NCBI GenBank assembly: GCA_036570465.1
Contig: DATCYD010000333.1
Coordinates: 1-36,670, forward strand
Reading direction: 5' to 3'
Length of the DNA: 36,670 nucleotides
DNA from: Anseongella sp.
GTDB lineage: Bacteria; Bacteroidota; Bacteroidia; Sphingobacteriales; Sphingobacteriaceae
The stretch's first letter is position 1, and each line of letters begins with the position of its first letter. Below, piece by piece: positions 1-8,743 of the stretch. The position numbers and the translations under genes were made by a program. The notes under the pieces are model-generated. The model saw only the letters and a program-made list of their open reading frames with translations. It searched no databases and was not told the origin of the DNA.

Positions 1-195
1 ACTACTTACGAATCAGTTTATCTCCGCCAGGGGAAAAGCATCAATTATATCTCCTTTAGTCTTCCCTCTTCCTTTCGTCCTGTCGATTGGAAGGAAACAC
101 TCAGGGAATGGGCGCAGGAAACTCATCCTGGACCAGTTGCCATAGCTCTTGAAGCCGACAGTCGGCCCGGTGAGGTACAAACCGGTTCCGATTGA
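1..195 (+). CDS. trmB: 3' end of probable tRNA (guanine-N7)-methyltransferase (partial, starts before the window)
   Basis: Frame 1 is open from base 1 to TGA at 193-195 (TTYESVYLRQGKSINYISFSLP...GSD*). This resembles the Bacteroidota TrmB C-terminus (TxYE...G..I.Y..F), and trmB commonly precedes the MGMT-family gene in this phylum. Confidence 0.6.
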   Translation, partial: TTYESVYLRQGKSINYISFSLPSSFRPVDWKETLREWAQETHPGPVAIALEADSRPGEVQTGSD

Positions 196-533
196 AAACG
201 GACGAAAATAATACAGATTTTTTTCAACGTGTATATGACGTTGTACGCCTGATCCCAGCCGGGAGGGTCACTTCCTACGGAGCAATCGCGGCTTTCCTGG
301 GCACCCGGAGGTCTGCCAGAATGGTCGGCTGGGCCATGAATGCTGCCGGCACGGCTATCCCTCCCGTCCCGGCCCACCGGGTGGTTAACCGAGAAGGCAT
401 GCTTTCCGGCAAACATCACTTTGGAACCCCGAATCTTATGCAGGAATTGCTTGAAAGTGAAGGCATCCATGTGGTTAACGATCAGGTGCAGAGATTCCAA
501 AAATATTTCTGGGATCCGGCACAGGAATTATAA
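192..533 (+). CDS. Alkyltransferase-like protein (ATL, MGMT/YbaZ family)
   Basis: IPAGRVTSYGAIA, ARMVGWAM and PAHRVVN motifs; Ala replaces the acceptor Cys of PCHRV. The TTG start overlaps the upstream stop. Confidence 0.9.
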   Translation: MKTDENNTDFFQRVYDVVRLIPAGRVTSYGAIAAFLGTRRSARMVGWAMNAAGTAIPPVPAHRVVNREGMLSGKHHFGTPNLMQELLESEGIHVVNDQVQRFQKYFWDPAQEL

Positions 534-568
534 TCTGTAATTCATAAATTGCTGGAAAAATCCATCGC

Positions 569-1141
569 ATGAACGCTGAACCTATTCGCTGTCCCTGGTG
601 CCTGGGAGACCCTGATTATATACGCTACCACGATGAAGAATGGGGCCGGCCCGTTTACGACGACCGGAAATTATTTGAATTCCTGGTGCTGGAAAGTGCC
701 CAGGCCGGTTTGAGCTGGCTGACTATTTTACGTAAACGGGAAGGCTACAGGAAAGCTTTTGCCAACTTCGACCCGGTGAAGGTGGCGCGCTTTACTGAAA
801 AAGATGTGGAACGGTTGATGCAAGACGCAAGCATTATCCGTAACCGCCAGAAGATTGCAGCAGCCATCGGCAATGCACGTGTGTTTCTGGACATCCAACG
901 GGAATCAGGAAGTTTCTCAGATTATATCTGGGGATTTCTTCCGGATAAGAAACCCATTATTAATACCTGGAAAGATCACAGCACCGCCCCCGCCCGAACC
1001 GACTTGTCTGACCGCATTAGTTCAGACCTGAAAAAACGCGGATTCAAATTCTTCGGCTCCACCATTTGCTACGCCCATATGCAGGCCACCGGCATGGTCA
1101 ACGACCATATTGAAGACTGCTGGGCCAGAGATGCAAAATGA
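569..1141 (+). CDS. tag: DNA-3-methyladenine glycosylase I
   Basis: RCPW...YHDEEWG, LFEFLVLESAQAGLSW, IIRNRQKI, GMVNDHIEDC (Zn ligands). Confidence 0.96.
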   Translation: MNAEPIRCPWCLGDPDYIRYHDEEWGRPVYDDRKLFEFLVLESAQAGLSWLTILRKREGYRKAFANFDPVKVARFTEKDVERLMQDASIIRNRQKIAAAIGNARVFLDIQRESGSFSDYIWGFLPDKKPIINTWKDHSTAPARTDLSDRISSDLKKRGFKFFGSTICYAHMQATGMVNDHIEDCWARDAK

Positions 1142-1179
1142 ACCGGATAACTTTAATTAGCGGAGTTTGGCAGGAATGG

Positions 1180-1187
1180 TACCTTTG
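1180..1187 (+). promoter_or_regulatory. Putative Bacteroidota -7 promoter element for polA
   Basis: TACCTTTG matches TAnnTTTG about 20 nt before the GTG start; the -33 TTTG match is poor. Confidence 0.45.
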
Positions 1188-1207
1188 TTATATCAAACCC
1201 AGCTTCA

Positions 1208-4090
1208 GTGGATAAACGACTTTTTCTTTTAGACGGCATGGCCCTGGCATACCGCGCTTATTTCGCGTTGATCAGGAGCCCGCGCATGACCTCCGGTGGC
1301 ATGAATACCTCAGCCGTGTTTGGTTTCGCCAATACAATCCTTGATCTGCTCAAGAAAGAACAACCTACGCATATGGCCGTGGTGTTCGACACCCAGGCGC
1401 CCACCGAGAGACATCTTGATTTCGAGGCTTACAAGGCGAACCGGCAGGAAATGCCGGAAGATCTTTCACAGGCTTTGCCCTATGTTCACCGGCTGATCGA
1501 GGGATTTAACATCCCCATTCTTACTTCCGATGGGTTTGAAGCCGATGATATTATCGGAACGCTGGCCAAAAAAGCGGAAAAAGAAGGCCTGATCACCTAC
1601 ATGGTAACGCCGGACAAGGATTTCGGCCAACTGGTATCTGAGAAGATCTTTATTTATAAGCCTGGCATTCGCGGCGGGGATGTGGAAGTCATGGGTGTGC
1701 AGGAAATACTGGACAAATGGGGCGTGGACCGCGTGGAGCAGGTAATTGATATCCTGGGCTTGTGGGGAGATTCTGTCGATAATATTCCGGGCATCCCTGG
1801 TATCGGAGAAAAAACCGCTAAACAACTGATCAAGACCTATGGAAGTGTTGAAAACCTGATTCAAAATTCCAGCCAGCTAAAGGGGAAACAAAAGGAGAAT
1901 GTAGAAACATTTGCCAAGCAAGGTTTGCTTTCAAAACAGTTGGCCACCATCCTGCTGGATGCTCCTGTTGAGCTGGATATGGGTCGGCTCGAAGTAGAGG
2001 GTCCCGACCGGGAAAAACTGGAGCAATTGTTCGCTGAACTGGAATTCCGTACGCTGGGCAAACGGGTATTCGGAGAAGATTTTACCATCACAGGTGGTCA
2101 GGCAGCTCAGGCACAACAAACCGATTTGTTTGGAAACCAGGTGGCAGCTCCATCAGCAGGCAGGCGAACAGGTACCGGCGGAAAAACCGGAAGTGCGGAT
2201 CATTCGGTTGCTTCAGGAACCGGAACAGGTACATCCACTGAAACCGGTGGCGGATCTCCGGAAGTGCCGGCTACCATTCGAACAATCCAGGATACGGATC
2301 ATACGTATCATCTTGCCGATACCAGCGAAACACGGGCTTCGTTGGTGCGGTTGCTGGAAAAGCAGCAAGCGTTTTGCTTTGACACCGAAACCACCGGAAC
2401 CGATGCTAACAATTGTGAGCTGGTAGGGCTTTCCTTTTGCATAAAACAGGGGGAAGCCTGGTACGTTCCCGTTCCGCCGGATCCTGAAGAAGCCGGGAGG
2501 ATCCTCAACCAGTTCAAGCCGGTGCTGGAAAATCCTCAGATTGAAAAGATCGGTCAGAATATCAAGTTCGATATCATCGTGTTACGCTGCTGCGGTGTAA
2601 ACGTGCAAGGTAAACTCTTCGACACCATGCTGGCCCATTATATCCTCGAGCCGGACGGCCGCCACAGCATGGACCTGCTGGCCGAAACTTACCTGGCCTA
2701 TCAGCCGGTTTCTATCACCGAGCTGATCGGAAAAAAAGGTAAAGATCAGGGAAACATGCGCGATGTCGTTATTGAAACAGTAAAAGATTATGCATCCGAA
2801 GATGCTGATATCACTTTGCAATTAAAGGAAGTATTCGAACCTATGCTGGGAGAAACGGGGCTGAATCACCTGGTAGAAGATATCGAGAACCCGCTGATCT
2901 ACGTCCTGGCAGACATGGAACGGGAGGGAGTGGCCATTGACCGGGATGGGCTGGCTACCTATTCAACCTCCCTGGAAAACGATATCAAAAAACTGGAAAC
3001 GGCGATTTATGAACATGCCGGTATCCGGTTCAATATTGCCTCGCCCCGCCAGCTGGGAGACGTCCTGTTTGAAAAGCTTATGCTGGAGCCCAAGCCCAAA
3101 AAAACCAAGACAGGACAGTACCAAACCGGTGAAGACATCCTCCAGCGCCTGGCCGGCAAACACGATATTGTCCGGCACATACTTGATTTCCGGCAGCTGC
3201 AAAAACTTAAATCAACTTATGTGGACGCCCTGCCCCTGATGATCAATCCGCGGACCGGTCGTGTACACACATCTTTCAACCAGGCAGTGGCTGCCACCGG
3301 GCGACTGAGCTCCAACAATCCCAACTTGCAGAACATTCCCATCCGAACAGAAAAAGGACGGGAAGTCCGAAAGGCTTTCATTCCCCGCGATGCAGACCAT
3401 GTCCTGCTTTCGGCCGATTATTCCCAGATTGAACTGCGCATCATCGCTGCCATCAGCCGGGATGAAAACATGATGCAAGCCTTTATCGACGGATTGGACA
3501 TCCATACCGCCACTGCAGCAAAGGTCTATGGCCTGCGGCCCGAAGATGTCACATCCGATCTGCGCCGCAATGCCAAGGCAGTGAATTTCGGCATTATTTA
3601 CGGGCAATCTGCCTTCGGACTGGCCCAAAACCTGGGCATTTCAAGAACCGAAGCAAAAGAGATCATCGATGCTTACTTTAAGCAATATGCAGGGATTAAA
3701 CAATACATGACTGACACGGTGGAATTTGCCCGCAGCAAGGGATATGTCGAAACCATCAAGGGCCGTCGCAGGTATCTTCGAGACATCAATTCAGCCAATG
3801 CCACCGTCCGTGGTTTTGCCGAACGGAACGCTATCAATGCGCCTATCCAGGGCTCAGCTGCCGATATGATAAAAATGGCCATGATCAATGTTCAGCGGGA
3901 ACTTAAAGCCGCCCGGCTGAATACCAAAATGATCCTTCAGGTTCACGACGAACTCGTTTTTGATGTGCCCCGGGGCGAAGAAGAAAAGGTAAAATCCCTT
4001 GTGGAAGAACAAATGAAAAACGCCATGTCTCTGGAAGTGCCCATCCTCGTCGAATCTGGCACTGGCACCAATTGGCTGGAGGCTCATTAA
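1208..4090 (+). CDS. polA: DNA polymerase I
   Basis: 5'-3' exonuclease (LLDG...YRAYF, EADDIIG), 3'-5' exonuclease (FDTETTG), and polymerase motifs ADYSQIELR, AKAVNFGIIYG, LQVHDELVF. Confidence 0.99.
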   Translation: MDKRLFLLDGMALAYRAYFALIRSPRMTSGGMNTSAVFGFANTILDLLKKEQPTHMAVVFDTQAPTERHLDFEAYKANRQEMPEDLSQALPYVHRLIEGFNIPILTSDGFEADDIIGTLAKKAEKEGLITYMVTPDKDFGQLVSEKIFIYKPGIRGGDVEVMGVQEILDKWGVDRVEQVIDILGLWGDSVDNIPGIPGIGEKTAKQLIKTYGSVENLIQNSSQLKGKQKENVETFAKQGLLSKQLATILLDAPVELDMGRLEVEGPDREKLEQLFAELEFRTLGKRVFGEDFTITGGQAAQAQQTDLFGNQVAAPSAGRRTGTGGKTGSADHSVASGTGTGTSTETGGGSPEVPATIRTIQDTDHTYHLADTSETRASLVRLLEKQQAFCFDTETTGTDANNCELVGLSFCIKQGEAWYVPVPPDPEEAGRILNQFKPVLENPQIEKIGQNIKFDIIVLRCCGVNVQGKLFDTMLAHYILEPDGRHSMDLLAETYLAYQPVSITELIGKKGKDQGNMRDVVIETVKDYASEDADITLQLKEVFEPMLGETGLNHLVEDIENPLIYVLADMEREGVAIDRDGLATYSTSLENDIKKLETAIYEHAGIRFNIASPRQLGDVLFEKLMLEPKPKKTKTGQYQTGEDILQRLAGKHDIVRHILDFRQLQKLKSTYVDALPLMINPRTGRVHTSFNQAVAATGRLSSNNPNLQNIPIRTEKGREVRKAFIPRDADHVLLSADYSQIELRIIAAISRDENMMQAFIDGLDIHTATAAKVYGLRPEDVTSDLRRNAKAVNFGIIYGQSAFGLAQNLGISRTEAKEIIDAYFKQYAGIKQYMTDTVEFARSKGYVETIKGRRRYLRDINSANATVRGFAERNAINAPIQGSAADMIKMAMINVQRELKAARLNTKMILQVHDELVFDVPRGEEEKVKSLVEEQMKNAMSLEVPILVESGTGTNWLEAH

Positions 4091-4233
4091 TGTATTGGTT
4101 TACGTTTCTGACACTTTAGTGTAAAATCAAGGAGTTTTCATGCTTATTTTTACAAGGTCCGGGAAAGACCTCTTTGCCAGAAATTGAGCAGGATTGGGCA
4201 GTTTTTGATATATTGCCACCGAATTCAGAGACC

Positions 4234-5625
4234 ATGGAATACCGGATAGAAAAAGACACCTTAGGGAAAGTAGAAGTACCTGCAGACAAGTACTGGGGGG
4301 CGCAAACCCAGCGCTCAATTGGAAATTTTAAGATTGCTCAGGACATTAATAAAATGCCCCGGGAAATCATAAAGGCCTTCGCCTACCTGAAAAAAGCAGC
4401 GGCACTCACCAACCTCGAAGCGGGCGTGCTCCCTGCCGAAAAATGCGAGCTCATCGGGCGGGTTTGCGATGAGATCCTGGAGGGCGACCTGGACGATCAG
4501 TTCCCGCTGGTAGTTTGGCAAACCGGGTCGGGTACCCAGTCAAATATGAACGTGAACGAAGTAGTCGCCTACCGGGCGCACGTTTTAAATGGCGGCGCGC
4601 TCACCGACGAAAAGAAAACGATTCACCCGAACGACGATGTGAATAAATCCCAATCGTCTAACGATACCTTCCCTACGGCCATGCATATAGCGGCCTATAA
4701 GATTCTTGTAGAAATTACCATTCCGGGTATCCGGCAATTGCGCGATACACTTCACAGCAAATCTGAAGAATTTAAGGACGTTGTAAAGATCGGCCGCACT
4801 CATTTTATGGATGCTACGCCGCTGACCCTTGGCCAGGAGATCTCCGGTTATGTGTCCCAGCTTGACCATGGATTAAAAGCCATTGATTATAGTCTGTCGC
4901 ATCTCTCGGAACTGGCACTCGGCGGTACGGCAGTTGGCACCGGCATTAACACTCCGGAAGGCTATGCGGAAAACGTGGCAGCTAAGATCGCTGAACTCAC
5001 CGGCCTGCCTTTTATTACGGCTGAGAACAAATTCGAGGCGCTTGCCGCCCACGACGCCATTGTGGAAGCACACGGTGCGCTTAAAACAGTTGCTGTAAGC
5101 CTTATGAAGATCGGGAATGACATCCGAGTACTCTCATCAGGCCCCCGCGCCGGAATCGGTGAAATTCAGATTCCGGACAACGAGCCGGGCTCATCCATTA
5201 TGCCAGGCAAAGTAAACCCCACGCAATGCGAAGCCCTTACAATGGTGTCGGCCCAGGTAATGGGCAATGACGTGGCCATTAATGTAGGCGGAGCCACCGG
5301 GCATTTCGAACTGAATGTTTTTAAACCGGTAATGATCTACAATTTCCTGCATTCGGCGCGGCTCATCGGCGATGCCTGCGCTTCCTTTGAAGAGAAATGC
5401 GCCCGCGGAATTGAGCCCATTCACGCGAATATTCGGAAGCACCTGGAAAATTCACTCATGCTGGTCACCGCCCTCAACACCAAAATAGGGTACTACAAAG
5501 CGGCTGAAATTGCCCAGAAAGCCCACAAGGAAAATAAAACGCTCAAAGAAACCGCCGTGGAACTTGGCTATGTAACTCCCGAAGAGTTCGACCAGTGGGT
5601 ACGCCCCGAAGATATGGTTGGATGA
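4234..5625 (+). CDS. fumC: Class II fumarate hydratase
   Basis: [11 protein letters not shown] start (ATG at 4234, preferred over 4174), [12 protein letters not shown], and the [11 protein letters not shown] signature. Confidence 0.98.
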   Translation: MEYRIEKDTLGKVEVPADKYWGAQTQRSIGNFKIAQDINKMPREIIKAFAYLKKAAALTNLEAGVLPAEKCELIGRVCDEILEGDLDDQFPLVVWQTGSGTQSNMNVNEVVAYRAHVLNGGALTDEKKTIHPNDDVNKSQSSNDTFPTAMHIAAYKILVEITIPGIRQLRDTLHSKSEEFKDVVKIGRTHFMDATPLTLGQEISGYVSQLDHGLKAIDYSLSHLSELALGGTAVGTGINTPEGYAENVAAKIAELTGLPFITAENKFEALAAHDAIVEAHGALKTVAVSLMKIGNDIRVLSSGPRAGIGEIQIPDNEPGSSIMPGKVNPTQCEALTMVSAQVMGNDVAINVGGATGHFELNVFKPVMIYNFLHSARLIGDACASFEEKCARGIEPIHANIRKHLENSLMLVTALNTKIGYYKAAEIAQKAHKENKTLKETAVELGYVTPEEFDQWVRPEDMVG

Positions 5626-5627
5626 AA

Positions 5628-5680
5628 AGCTAAATTCAGTCAGTTAATTGACAATTTTTAGCTAAATTCAGTCAGTTAAT
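5628..5680. repeat. Perfect 21-bp direct repeat, two copies (AGCTAAATTCAGTCAGTTAAT)
   Basis: Copies at 5628-5648 and 5660-5680 with an 11-bp spacer (32-bp period), between the fumC stop and the ATPase promoter. Confidence 0.95.
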
Positions 5681-5691
5681 GTTTTTTTTCG

Positions 5692-5699
5692 TATTTTTG
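5692..5699 (+). promoter_or_regulatory. Putative -7 promoter element for the ATPase gene
   Basis: TATTTTTG (TAnnTTTG) 17 nt before ATG 5717. Confidence 0.5.
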
Positions 5700-5716
5700 T
5701 CCAAAGTCCTGTTGCT

Positions 5717-6850
5717 ATGGATATTGAAAGAGCCCTGTATGATATAATCCTGGGTAAGCGGAAAGTTAATAAGGTCCAGGTAATCGTAGGTCCACGGAGG
5801 GTTGGGAAAACAGTATTGCTGCAGAAAATAGCAAATTCCATTAAAGAAAAAGTACTTCTCCTTAACGGAGAAGATATCACTACCTCTGAGCTGCTTGAGC
5901 GTAGAAGCATTGAAAATTACCGCCGTTTGCTAAATGACTATCAAGTGCTTATGATCGATGAAGCGCAGGCAATACCCGAGATCGGAAAAATATTAAAGCT
6001 GATTGTTGATGAAATTAAAGGCATCGAAATATTTATTACCGGATCGTCTGCATTTGATCTCAAAAATCGATTGGGAGAACCCCTTACCGGCAGACAATTT
6101 ACGTACCATTTGTTCCCGCTGGCGCAAATGGAGCTTTCTCATCACGAAAATCTGATTGAAACCAAAGCCCGGTTGGAAGAAAGATTGATTTTTGGTTCCT
6201 ACCCTGAGCTACTCGATTACCCCGCTGAAAAGGATAAAGTTGCCTATCTCAATGAAGTCGTTTCTTCTTATCTATTAAAGGATATTCTAACACTTGACGG
6301 CCTGCGGAACACCGGTAAATTACACGATCTGCTTAAACTGATAGCACTTCAGCTTGGCAGTGAAGTTTCAATGGATGAACTCGGCAAACAGCTCTCAATG
6401 AGCAAGAATACTGTGGAAAGTTATTTAGATCTCCTGACAAAGGTTTTTGTCATCTATAAAGCGCCCGGCTTTAGCCGAAACTTACGAAAAGAGGTGCGCA
6501 AAAGCAGCAAATGGTATTTTACAGATAACGGCATTCGCAACATATTGATTTCCAACACGAATCCCTTAAAGTATCGCAATGATCAGGGAGATCTTTGGGA
6601 GAATTACCTTCTGGGCGAACGCGTAAAATACCAGGCTTACACCCGAATGTTGAGTAACAACTACTTTTGGCGCACCTATGACCAGCAGGAGATTGATTGG
6701 ATCGAAGACCGTAACGGCACCCTGAACGCCTATGAAATAAAATGGAAAACCGGTAAAAAAGTGAAACCACCGATAGCCTGGCAAAAAGGATACCCGGATG
6801 CCACGTTTAAGGTAATTGATCCTGAAAACTACCTGGATTGGATCATGTAA
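5717..6850 (+). CDS. AAA_14 ATPase with DUF4143 domain (C-terminal PD-(D/E)xK-like)
   Basis: Walker A GPRRVGKT, Walker B MIDEAQ, ITGSS, LTGR, GSYPE, HTH-like SKNTVESYLDLL, KWYFTDNG, LWEN, YFWRT.DQQEIDWI...AYEIKW. Confidence 0.9.
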   Translation: MDIERALYDIILGKRKVNKVQVIVGPRRVGKTVLLQKIANSIKEKVLLLNGEDITTSELLERRSIENYRRLLNDYQVLMIDEAQAIPEIGKILKLIVDEIKGIEIFITGSSAFDLKNRLGEPLTGRQFTYHLFPLAQMELSHHENLIETKARLEERLIFGSYPELLDYPAEKDKVAYLNEVVSSYLLKDILTLDGLRNTGKLHDLLKLIALQLGSEVSMDELGKQLSMSKNTVESYLDLLTKVFVIYKAPGFSRNLRKEVRKSSKWYFTDNGIRNILISNTNPLKYRNDQGDLWENYLLGERVKYQAYTRMLSNNYFWRTYDQQEIDWIEDRNGTLNAYEIKWKTGKKVKPPIAWQKGYPDATFKVIDPENYLDWIM

Positions 6851-6876
6851 GCATAACCTTTTATATTTTTGCATTT

Positions 6877-7335
6877 ATGAAGCTATTAATGGTATGTCTT
6901 GGCAATATCTGTCGTTCACCAATGGCCGAAGGGGTCATGCGACACATGGTGGAACAGGAAGGCCTGGACTGGGAGATTGATTCAGCTGGTACAGGCGGCT
7001 GGCATATAGGAGAAGCACCCGACAGCAGGGCTGTCCGCACCGCCCGGGTGCACGGTATTGACATTTCCCGCCTGGAGGCCAGAAAGTTCACATACCGGGA
7101 CTTTGACCGCTTCGATCATATTTTCGTCATGGATAATACCAATTACGCCGATGTTCTGGCATTGTCTGAAAGTGATGAAGAACGAAACAAGGTCCGGCTG
7201 TTCCTGGAAGCCGCCAACCCAAACGCGACCGAGAAAAATGTAACGGATCCATGGTTCGAAGACCGCTTATTTGAACCGGTTTTTCAGGGAATATGGGAGG
7301 CCTGTGAAAAACTGATTGAAAAGCTACGATCATAA
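6877..7335 (+). CDS. Low-molecular-weight protein-tyrosine phosphatase
   Basis: CLGNICRSPMAE P-loop, DSAGT and DPWF motifs. ATG at 6877 (MKLLMV) is preferred over 6838. Confidence 0.95.
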   Translation: MKLLMVCLGNICRSPMAEGVMRHMVEQEGLDWEIDSAGTGGWHIGEAPDSRAVRTARVHGIDISRLEARKFTYRDFDRFDHIFVMDNTNYADVLALSESDEERNKVRLFLEAANPNATEKNVTDPWFEDRLFEPVFQGIWEACEKLIEKLRS

Positions 7336-7350
7336 CGCTATTTTTGCCGA

Positions 7351-8730
7351 ATGGCAACCATGAAACCTTCCATCCCCAAAGGTACCCGCGATTTTTCACC
7401 AGAGGTGGTCGCAAAACGTAATTACATTTTTGACAGCATTCGTTCAGTTTTCCATAAGTTCGGCTTTCAGCCTATTGAAACACCTGCCATGGAAAACCTG
7501 AATACGCTGACCGGAAAATACGGGGATGAGGGCGATCAGCTGATCTTTAAAATACTCAATTCGGGTGATTACCTTTCTAAGGCGGATCCCCAGAAGTTGC
7601 TAAATAGTGATTCCAAAAAACTGACGCCGGAAATTGCTGAAAAAGCCTTACGCTACGACCTGACAGTCCCCTTTGCCCGTTACGTCGTGATGCATCAGCA
7701 TGAAATCACCTTCCCTTTCAAGCGCTATCAGATACAACCGGTATGGCGGGCAGACCGCCCCCAAAAAGGCCGTTACCGCGAATTTTACCAGTGTGACGCC
7801 GATGTGGTAGGTTCGGACAGCTTGTTGAACGAAGCGGAATTCATACTCATTTACGATGAAGTCCTTTCCACACTGGGCCTGAAAGATTTTACTATCCGGA
7901 TCAATAACCGGAAGATCCTGAGCGGCCTGGCCGGACTCACCGGAAAACCGGATAAAATGATGGACCTGACCATCGCCATCGATAAGCTGGATAAGATCGG
8001 ACTCGAAGGGGTTGAGAAGGAATTACTGGAACGGGGCTTTACAAACACAGATATTCAGACGATCCGGCCATTCCTGCAACTTGGCGGGACCAATCCGGAA
8101 AAACTGGAGCACCTCCGGAACAGCCTGGCTGATTCAGAAACCGGCCTGCAGGGTATTGCCGAATTGGAAACCGTTTTCTCCTACCTATCCCGCTTTGGTA
8201 CACGTCAGGCAGTAGTAGAGCTCGATATCACCCTGGCCAGGGGCCTGAACTATTACACGGGTGCTATCCTGGAAGTGCGTTCCGACGAAGTAAAAATGGG
8301 AAGTTTAGGTGGAGGCGGACGGTACGATGACCTGACCGGAATGTTCGGCCTGAAAGGCCTCACCGGCGTTGGGATTTCATTCGGCGCCGACCGCATCTAC
8401 GATGTGATGGAAGAGCTCAAACTTTTCCCCACCCGCACAGCGCTGGGCACCCGCTTACTGATTACCAATTTCGACAAACAGGCGGAATTATATGCACTGG
8501 ACTTGTTACGTCAGTTTCGCGGGAAGGGTGTAGCTGTTGAACTATACCCCGCTCCTGTAAAACTGCAGAAGCAATTCAAATATGCCGATGCCCGTAACAT
8601 CCCTTACGTATTAGTAATTGGTGATGAAGAAATAAAAACCGGTCAGCTTACTCTCAAGAACATGAAAAGCGGCGAACAGGAAAAAGTTACCGCCTCAGAC
8701 TTGATCGGGGTATTCCTGGACCAGGTCTGA
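7351..8730 (+). CDS. hisS: Histidine--tRNA ligase
   Basis: PKGTRDF, LRYDLTVPFAR, WRADRPQKGRYREFYQCD, ARGLNYYTG, GGGRYD. Confidence 0.99.
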   Translation: MATMKPSIPKGTRDFSPEVVAKRNYIFDSIRSVFHKFGFQPIETPAMENLNTLTGKYGDEGDQLIFKILNSGDYLSKADPQKLLNSDSKKLTPEIAEKALRYDLTVPFARYVVMHQHEITFPFKRYQIQPVWRADRPQKGRYREFYQCDADVVGSDSLLNEAEFILIYDEVLSTLGLKDFTIRINNRKILSGLAGLTGKPDKMMDLTIAIDKLDKIGLEGVEKELLERGFTNTDIQTIRPFLQLGGTNPEKLEHLRNSLADSETGLQGIAELETVFSYLSRFGTRQAVVELDITLARGLNYYTGAILEVRSDEVKMGSLGGGGRYDDLTGMFGLKGLTGVGISFGADRIYDVMEELKLFPTRTALGTRLLITNFDKQAELYALDLLRQFRGKGVAVELYPAPVKLQKQFKYADARNIPYVLVIGDEEIKTGQLTLKNMKSGEQEKVTASDLIGVFLDQV

Positions 8731-8743
8731 GGTCGGATAACTT

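Noticed and set aside
5628-5680. Direct repeats as a mini-CRISPR
   Set aside because: Only two 21-bp copies, an 11-bp spacer, and no cas genes.
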